UHGV virus genome: UHGV-0254298 | Length of the DNA stretch: 40,964 nucleotides | Source: a virus | Reading direction: 5' to 3' (one strand) | Shown: piece after piece, positions 35,404 to 40,964 of the stretch | Numbering within the stretch: the stretch's first letter is position 1 | How the letters are laid out: every line of letters starts with the position of its first letter | Program-made: the position numbers and the translations under genes | The notes under the pieces: generated by a model | Seen by the model: the letters and a program-made list of their open reading frames with translations, nothing else | Told to the model about the DNA's origin: nothing | Databases searched by the model: none

Positions 35404-35987
35404 CCAAACATATCCCCTATCTCATAATCAGATGGAGCTGGCTGCGGGATGGCAATGGCCCTCTGTATCCGCTGTATCCGCTGGCGTTCCTTCACATCCT
35501 TGATATCAGCTGTGTTTGTGTTCCGGTACATTACCCGCTGCTTAAACTCTGTACCAGACGACAGGCCGTCCAAAAGGATGCGAAACTTCCACCAGTGCAT
35601 GTCTGTTTCCGTGAGGTCAATCTTATAATCCTGCCAGAACCCCGATATGATGTATTTTGCATCGAACGTAAAATCATACAGCGGCTTTGGTGTCACCGGC
35701 TCTGATTCCTCGTCTATGCTCTCTGGTTCATCGCCCGTCTCTATCGCGCACTCATCCATGCGGAAGAAACTCATAAGCGGCTTATGGGCATCCTCCCATT
35801 GCCAATGCGGTATGTCATCCAGATACATTTCCATCATGAGAGTCATCTTCTCGTCCTGGCTGAGTCCGTCACATCTTATCATATCAATGAACCGTAGCCA
35901 ATCCTTGAAGTCAGTCACGATTTCACGTTCACCCCCGTACAGCTTAACCGTTTCGGGAAAAGCTTCATAAAGCAGGTTCATGCTCAT
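35400..35987 (-). CDS. Tail assembly chaperone (gpT-like position)
   Basis: 195-aa acidic protein between the gpG-like ORF and the tape measure. Confidence 0.45.
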   Translation of the reverse strand: MSMNLLYEAFPETVKLYGGEREIVTDFKDWLRFIDMIRCDGLSQDEKMTLMMEMYLDDIPHWQWEDAHKPLMSFFRMDECAIETGDEPESIDEESEPVTPKPLYDFTFDAKYIISGFWQDYKIDLTETDMHWWKFRILLDGLSSGTEFKQRVMYRNTNTADIKDVKERQRIQRIQRAIAIPQPAPSDYEIGDMFG

Positions 35988-36391
35988 GCACGCTGTCTCC
36001 CATTCTGGTTCCTATTTCTTTGCTGGCTGCGCCTCTGTTGACGATTCTGCTGCGGGGAGAAACGACTCATCAGCTGCCCTCTCCGCTGGACAGCCTCCTC
36101 ATTACAACGCATGCAGGCCGTCATGAAAGCAGCGTAGGCAAGGTCACACATGCCCGCATTGACCTTGCCCTCAAATAATTTATTTGCTGTCCCGGCGCCG
36201 TATATGTCATCAAACAGGTTATGAAAGAGGCCGCAGTACCCGCGTATCAGTTCACTGTTGTTTCCGGCCTTCTGCAGCTTCTTTTCATCCTGCCCCATCC
36301 GCTCAAATGCTTTTTCGTACTTCTCTGCAAAATCAGCGTCCTGCAGGTCTACCTCAAACTCAATGTTATTGTAGCTCCACTTCTGGCTCAT
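35984..36391 (-). CDS. Tail assembly chaperone (gpG-like position) with an unusual basic Q/R/N-rich C-terminus
   Basis: 135 aa directly after the major tail protein. C-terminus 'QQNRQQRRSQQRNRNQNGRQRA'. Confidence 0.45.
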   Translation of the reverse strand: MSQKWSYNNIEFEVDLQDADFAEKYEKAFERMGQDEKKLQKAGNNSELIRGYCGLFHNLFDDIYGAGTANKLFEGKVNAGMCDLAYAAFMTACMRCNEEAVQRRGQLMSRFSPQQNRQQRRSQQRNRNQNGRQRA

Positions 36392-36411
36392 AGGCTCACT
36401 CCTTTATTTTC

Positions 36412-36939
36412 TTACGCTCCTAAGGTAGACTTGCTACCCTCAGAAAATGTCACTGTCTGCCACTTATCAGCAGATGTTGCTGTTCCCAGCACAGCTTCCC
36501 CGGCTGCACGGAAATTGCCGGAATAAATCAAGGCATCCGTCCCGTCGCCGGTAGTATCCGGTATAACGCTATAAGCACGTTTCCGTGCCACTTTTGCATC
36601 TCCGTCTGTAAACAGGTCCACTGTCACGATTTCCACGGTCGCATCGGAACCGGTGTACTCGTTGTCCGTGATTTCAGCCAGCTTCTCATGTACTGAGTAT
36701 GGGCTGTGCCGGTCAAAACTGTACCCTATCTGGGTCGCATAGCCCACCACGTCGGACCGTTCGGTGTCCTCATCCACATACTGTCTGGAATACTCCTTGG
36801 CGCTCTTGGATTCTGACATGGAAGAGAATCCCTGCATCCTAATAAATTTAGGTTCATCGGTTGTCCCCACATTCAGGAATGATACCCGCTTAGAGCGCTT
36901 AATCAGCTTACCATCGTTAAGCTTATCTGCATTTGCCAT
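36412..36939 (-). CDS. Major tail protein
   Basis: 175 aa, typical size and position. Sequence has a TP901-1/phi13-like feel. Confidence 0.7.
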   Translation of the reverse strand: MANADKLNDGKLIKRSKRVSFLNVGTTDEPKFIRMQGFSSMSESKSAKEYSRQYVDEDTERSDVVGYATQIGYSFDRHSPYSVHEKLAEITDNEYTGSDATVEIVTVDLFTDGDAKVARKRAYSVIPDTTGDGTDALIYSGNFRAAGEAVLGTATSADKWQTVTFSEGSKSTLGA

Positions 36940-36951
36940 ACAATCATCTCC

Positions 36952-37377
36952 TTATTCGTATAATAACCTGAGCTGTACCTGGTACTTTGCCAGGTCCGCA
37001 TCGGACCCAAACAGGTAATAGCTCGACATCAACGTGTTTGATATCACCTGGCGTCCCTCCAACGTAGGAAGAACACCCTCATCATCCTGCCTTTCAACCC
37101 AGTCAGCCAGATTCTGGTAAAAGAATGAATTATCTATCATGGTGCGGGCATCCCCGTCATAGGCCTCCTTGGAGGTAAAGGAGTATTGGAACTGGTATAT
37201 CCTCCCTCCATCCACATATTCCTTATAGATAGGCTCTGCCGGGATTGGGTCGAGGCTATAGGACCGGCTGTCTGGCAGGTAATCAATATTAAACTCTCCG
37301 TCTCTCAGGTACGGGCAGCCCATGAAATACTGTCTCAGTGCTGCAATTACCGACTCGTTATTTATTGTTTGCGGCAA
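36952..37377 (-). CDS. Tail terminator / tail completion protein
   Basis: 141 aa in the conserved position. Confidence 0.4.
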   Translation of the reverse strand: MPQTINNESVIAALRQYFMGCPYLRDGEFNIDYLPDSRSYSLDPIPAEPIYKEYVDGGRIYQFQYSFTSKEAYDGDARTMIDNSFFYQNLADWVERQDDEGVLPTLEGRQVISNTLMSSYYLFGSDADLAKYQVQLRLLYE

Positions 37378-37783
37378 TCCTGTTTGCCCCCTTCCGTATG
37401 GTTTCGGCCTTGGCTGTTTTCATCCTCTCAAACCACAATCTCCCTCGGTTCCCGCCATCCCCTTTGCCTTCATAGTACTGTTTCCTTGCATAGGGAGCTA
37501 GGTACTCAATCTTTCCGCTTCCGATGACGGTTCCCAGAGTTGCTGACTTTATCATATATCCAGTGCGCCTAGATGTAAGCGGATCCATATATCGCAGGCA
37601 TTCCGAATCCACAAATGCCTGTGCGTTGGAAAATGCATCTGACTTTTCCCTTGCAAAACCTGGATTCCACTCCAACTGGGCAGTAACGGACCCTCCCTTA
37701 CCCTTTGTCTGGTATATACTTCCACGCGGGGTTGTGATTTGGAATATACGTTTTTGCGCCATTACACACCTCCCACCCTCCAA
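37358..37783 (-). CDS. Head-tail joining protein (HK97 gp10-like position)
   Basis: 141 aa; the real start is probably the internal M. Confidence 0.4.
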   Translation of the reverse strand: MEGGRCVMAQKRIFQITTPRGSIYQTKGKGGSVTAQLEWNPGFAREKSDAFSNAQAFVDSECLRYMDPLTSRRTGYMIKSATLGTVIGSGKIEYLAPYARKQYYEGKGDGGNRGRLWFERMKTAKAETIRKGANRIAANNK

Positions 37784-38157
37784 TGCTTCAGACCACCATG
37801 ACGGTTATCTGACCATGATGTAACCTTGAATGCCGCTCGGCTCTCTTTTTGTAGGTCTGCCGGCTTTTCAATGTCTGGCCCAATTCCCTTGACGATGTAA
37901 TCATCATTTTTCAGTGTCCATGTGTCACCAGCCCCTACATACTCATCCGGCGGCACATATTGACTTCCACCAAAATCAGCGTGTACCGGTATTCTCACTT
38001 TATAGGCATCAGCAGACGCAAGGCCGCCATCCGTCAGGCTTACCTTGTTGTCCACATGGAACCATACCCCTTTTATTATGGTACGGTGCCAGACCCGCAT
38101 CCGGCTCTCAGGATCCAGGAACGAGTTATAGATTGTTATGTCTGCATTCGTGAGCAT
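37762..38157 (-). CDS. Head closure / head-tail adaptor protein
   Basis: 131 aa in the conserved position. Confidence 0.45.
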   Translation of the reverse strand: MLTNADITIYNSFLDPESRMRVWHRTIIKGVWFHVDNKVSLTDGGLASADAYKVRIPVHADFGGSQYVPPDEYVGAGDTWTLKNDDYIVKGIGPDIEKPADLQKESRAAFKVTSWSDNRHGGLKHWRVGGV

Positions 38158-38548
38158 GTCCGCACCCCACTTTCCGCCTCAACCAGCCATTAGGCAGCAG
38201 ATACATATACACAGCATTATAAGCCTTCCGTCTGACCACTTCTTCCGCCGTTTGACCGTCTGTCTGTTCCACTACATAAGACACGGAATAGCCATCATTG
38301 TTCTCAGACTGGACGAGACCGGCCTTTCCTTCCGCTCTCTGCTCCCGCTCCTGTTCGGCCGCATAATATACATCAGCCGCCGCGCAGACCGCATCCTTAA
38401 CCATATCATTAGGCAAAGAAAATATGTCACCATTCAAATGGGTGAGGTATCGGATGTACGCTTCCGCCTTGCGTTCAGCTGCCGGGAATGCTTCTTCCGG
38501 CATCTTTCCGCCATAATCAACCCAATAATAACCATAATCCACATACAT
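38126..38548 (-). CDS. Head-tail connector (gp6-like)
   Basis: 140 aa, first structural gene after the capsid/decoration genes. Confidence 0.5.
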   Translation of the reverse strand: MYVDYGYYWVDYGGKMPEEAFPAAERKAEAYIRYLTHLNGDIFSLPNDMVKDAVCAAADVYYAAEQEREQRAEGKAGLVQSENNDGYSVSYVVEQTDGQTAEEVVRRKAYNAVYMYLLPNGWLRRKVGCGHAHECRHNNL

Positions 38549-38559
38549 CCTGATTCCTC

Positions 38560-38844
38560 CTATTCCATAGCACCGCTTTCTTTCAGCCCATCAATAATCG
38601 CCTTGATTGCAGCTGCGCAGGTTTCTGCGGTCGCTCCCGAAGTATTAAAATCGACGGCAGATGCTTTTTTAACTCCTCCAAGTGCATTCGAGGTTGCCGC
38701 GGGCAGAGTATATCCTCCACCCGCGGGCCAGTTATCTGCCAATTTCTGTATTAATTCAGCAATCTGCCCGTCAGTAGGGGCAGAGGATTCGCCTGTAACC
38801 CTTTTGTAGAGATTTTTTAATGCATCCGTAATCTGCATACACAA
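38560..38844 (-). CDS. Hypothetical head protein
   Basis: 94 aa, Ala/Gly-rich, directly after the major capsid protein. Confidence 0.35.
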   Translation of the reverse strand: MCMQITDALKNLYKRVTGESSAPTDGQIAELIQKLADNWPAGGGYTLPAATSNALGGVKKASAVDFNTSGATAETCAAAIKAIIDGLKESGAME

Positions 38845-38848
38845 CCCC

Positions 38849-39826
38849 CTATGCGCTCTTTAAGATAGCAAATGGGCATCTCTTAGATTTGTCTGTCTGA
38901 ACAGAATTGATTGGATTCGGAATCTCCCATCCCAGCCTCATGACCGCTCTCAGAGCAACCATGTCATTCTGCATCAGGTTATAGGCAATCGTGCCATCCG
39001 TATTCTGGACAACTCCCTCAGTAAACAGCTTGAAGGTGATGTCCTGTCGGATTGCGTATACCAGCTGGCCGAAATCCCCCGAAATCATCAATGCTTTTGA
39101 CTTATCGAAGGAACCATTGTTAGGGAAATTCATTGGGCTGCCATCGAGAGAATATGTAGTGCCACCCTGCATGTCACTCTTGAATATTGGATTTCCTGTG
39201 GAATCCTTTAGCCCTCTCAGCTTCGCACGCATGGAAATATCAGCCATATGCCCGTTAACAAAATAACCTGAACTTTCAATTTTGGCAATGACTCCATCTT
39301 CTGCCATAATCTTGTCATACAGACTATCCCCTGAAGCAAGAGTAACAACGGAATTTGCCTTTGTTGCGGTTGTCACAACTCCATCCCTCCAGGTGGATGG
39401 TTTATCATCATCGAAAAGAACAGCCCCATCAATCTTTTTTCCAAACGCTTCGATAACTCTTGGCTTGACCTCTCCCCAGATGTCATAGTCAGTATCGTCC
39501 AGTACTGCCTCAGGGATTGGTACAATAACCGCAATCTCCTCCGCTGTGATAAATTTCTTATCCCAGGCCTGTTTCGTGGTCTTTTTCGCTCCGGTATCCC
39601 CGTTGACGAAGTAGGCAATGGGGAGCATGTCAAGCACCGGCATCTTATAAGTCTTGCTTGACATGTTCGGCAGTTTCCTGCCCCGCTGAAGGACTGCGGA
39701 CTGTGTCACTACCCCCTGGATAATCTCCCTCGCATTTTCCTCAGGGATGAGTGACGCCGCGCCAGTCCTGTCAATAATCTGCGCGTCTCCTTCAAAAAGC
39801 TGTAAATCAAATTTTCTATGTCTCAT
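38849..39826 (-). CDS. Major capsid protein (HK97 fold) with an L27-like N-terminal propeptide
   Basis: 325 aa. N-terminus 'MRHRKFDLQLFEGDAQ'. Size, position and sequence character fit a major capsid protein. Confidence 0.85.
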   Translation of the reverse strand: MRHRKFDLQLFEGDAQIIDRTGAASLIPEENAREIIQGVVTQSAVLQRGRKLPNMSSKTYKMPVLDMLPIAYFVNGDTGAKKTTKQAWDKKFITAEEIAVIVPIPEAVLDDTDYDIWGEVKPRVIEAFGKKIDGAVLFDDDKPSTWRDGVVTTATKANSVVTLASGDSLYDKIMAEDGVIAKIESSGYFVNGHMADISMRAKLRGLKDSTGNPIFKSDMQGGTTYSLDGSPMNFPNNGSFDKSKALMISGDFGQLVYAIRQDITFKLFTEGVVQNTDGTIAYNLMQNDMVALRAVMRLGWEIPNPINSVQTDKSKRCPFAILKSA

Positions 39827-39835
39827 AAATCCTCC

Positions 39836-40429
39836 TTATCTTCTTGCTGCCATGCGGATGGCGTTGTTGATAGAGTCGTTCGTGTTCTGGGCACTCCCTG
39901 CTCCGCCTGCCTGCGCGGAGGTCGTAACACGGTAATTGCCCTGGCTTGTGAATCGTGGGTTATCCTTCAGAAATTTCTCTGCCGCCTTTGCAAAGTCCGT
40001 CTTATCATCAACCAGCTTGCCAACCTTGAACAGCACATAGTCCAGGTCATCAGGCTTTACTCCCTTATCCCGCAGCAGGTTGGAGTTCTTCACCTGCTCC
40101 AGTTCCTTTAATGCATTGTCCCGTTCCTGCTCAATGGCAGACAGATTGGGCTTCTGCTTCTCCTTATTCGCCTTATAGTCAGCAAGAGCATCCTTTACCT
40201 CGTCCTCAGTCATACCCTGCTGCTGGAAATAGGATTTTAGGGCTGCCTGCTCTGCACGATGTGCCCTTGCATTGGCTATTTCCTCCGCCTGTTCAAAACT
40301 ATAGGTTCCCTTTCCTCCGGCGCTTCCCTGGGCGCCGTCACCAGCTCCGGCATTTCCGCCCTGGGCTGCCCCAGCACCACTTCCGCTACCGTCCTCAAAA
40401 AGCTGTAAATCAAATAATCTCTTTCTCAT
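39836..40429 (-). CDS. Scaffolding protein with the same N-terminal propeptide motif
   Basis: 197 aa. N-terminus 'MRKRLFDLQLFEDGSGSG', a Gly/Ala-rich linker, then a helical charged region. Confidence 0.65.
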   Translation of the reverse strand: MRKRLFDLQLFEDGSGSGAGAAQGGNAGAGDGAQGSAGGKGTYSFEQAEEIANARAHRAEQAALKSYFQQQGMTEDEVKDALADYKANKEKQKPNLSAIEQERDNALKELEQVKNSNLLRDKGVKPDDLDYVLFKVGKLVDDKTDFAKAAEKFLKDNPRFTSQGNYRVTTSAQAGGAGSAQNTNDSINNAIRMAARR

Positions 40430-40519
40430 GTTTAACCTCCGTTTTTAGTGCGTGAACTGTTCCGATGCTTTTTTTTGTCATCACGTTTTGGACATAATAA
40501 AAGCACCCGCAATAAGGTG

Positions 40520-40804
40520 CTATATAAATCGTATACAATTATATTGCGCATTGATATGACACAATCCTAAAAACCATGTATCAATCAATGCCTTGCCTGT
40601 ATCATTCAGCTTTTGCCATTTAACTGATACATTGCCGCTCTCCACGGTCTCAGTCAACCTGATACCCGCTATCTCCCGCAGGCCCTCAATCATAGACAGT
40701 GTGATGGCCGATACGGCGGCACACACGATTGACTGGCCTCTTGGGCCATATCCAGCGTGTCCTGACAGTGACAGGCTATCCTGTCTCACCCTCATTTCAA
40801 TCAC
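40520..40804 (-). CDS. prp: Prp-family cysteine protease (ribosomal-processing protease homologue, YsxB-like)
   Basis: GTG start at 40804 after GGAGGA. 'SLSLSGHAGYGPRGQSIVCAAVSAI' matches the Prp catalytic His...Cys dyad region. 94 aa. Confidence 0.75.
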   Translation of the reverse strand: MIEMRVRQDSLSLSGHAGYGPRGQSIVCAAVSAITLSMIEGLREIAGIRLTETVESGNVSVKWQKLNDTGKALIDTWFLGLCHINAQYNCIRFI

Positions 40805-40964
40805 CTAGCTGTCCTCCTTCCTGGCGCAATCCTTCCTTGCAAATCATAATATATTCTTTCTCTTTGTTCTTGTAATCCCATCCGTTTGCAGAACGCCTTG
40901 TATTCGTCCAGCTGGGCCTGGTACTTGCAACGAGCAAGTATGATGTCGTCCTGGTCTGCCCCAG
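40801..40964 (-). CDS. C-terminal 53 codons of the Mu F-like minor head gene (continuation of feature 1..1018 across the window junction)
   Basis: Frame GADQDDIILARCKYQAQLDEYKAFCKRMGLQEQRERIYYDLQGRIAPGRRTAR* is open from 40962 down to the TGA at 40803..40801, which overlaps the Prp GTG. The frame is continuous with the ORF leaving position 1. Confidence 0.55.
   Translation of the reverse strand, partial: GADQDDIILARCKYQAQLDEYKAFCKRMGLQEQRERIYYDLQGRIAPGRRTAR

Noticed and set aside
35950-36020. Programmed -1 frameshift joining the two tail-assembly chaperone ORFs
   Set aside because: The second ORF starts with an ATG overlapping the first stop (ATGA). Its frame has a TAG nine codons upstream, and no canonical slippery heptamer lies in that short window. 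Simple translational coupling is more parsimonious.

Overview
The window reads as a near-complete, probably circularly closed genome of a temperate siphovirus of a Gram-positive (Bacillota, probably Clostridia-like) host. I see no cellular housekeeping genes. The phage assignment rests on protein motifs read directly from the six-frame translations; I could run no database search.

Almost all genes lie on the minus strand in the canonical order. Reading the minus strand from high to low coordinates:
- Head: Prp-like protease, scaffold, HK97-fold major capsid, head-tail connector/adaptor proteins.
- Tail: major tail protein, two tail-assembly chaperones, a small Cys-rich KTR-like ORF, a 1043-aa tape measure, Dit, Tal endopeptidase, tail fibres.
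- Lysis: XkdX-like ORF, holin, and a CHAP endolysin with CW_binding_1-type repeats.
- Lysogeny block on the plus strand: a candidate attP with arm-type repeats, a tyrosine integrase, a cI-like repressor, and a promoter-to-terminator moron operon of four genes (21344..23130).
- Early region, minus strand: divergent consensus promoters with operator repeats, then a replication cassette (HTH/excisionase-like protein, PC4-like protein, DUF2800 Cas4-like nuclease, DUF2815 protein, family-A DNA polymerase, VirE/D5-type primase-helicase, iteron array, VRR-NUC nuclease, SNF2 helicase, C5-cytosine methyltransferase).
- Packaging: ArpU-like late regulator, TerS, TerL, portal, and a Mu F/SPP1 gp7-like minor head gene.

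The minor head ORF runs off position 1 and resumes in the same frame at position 40964, stopping exactly at the Prp start. That implies the ends of the window are contiguous.

Observations I rate worth a second look:
1. The phage carries its own Prp protease, and scaffold, capsid and the tape measure all begin with an L27-like F-[DN]-L-Q-L-F-E propeptide.
2. The lysogeny-side moron operon encodes an acidic protein plus HTH and zinc-ribbon proteins of unknown function.
3. In the C5-MTase, the conserved motif IX (EWMMGFP) is legible only in an alternate frame bounded by homopolymer tracts, pointing to compensated frameshifts or homopolymer sequencing errors.
4. A dense GGTTGTCCA iteron array marks a putative replication origin.
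5. A signal-peptide protein with cell-wall-binding repeats sits inside the tail gene cluster.
6. A start-less tail-fibre-tip-like fragment lies convergent to a tail-fibre gene.
7. A plus-strand Cys-rich small gene with its own promoter is embedded in the minus-strand early operon.
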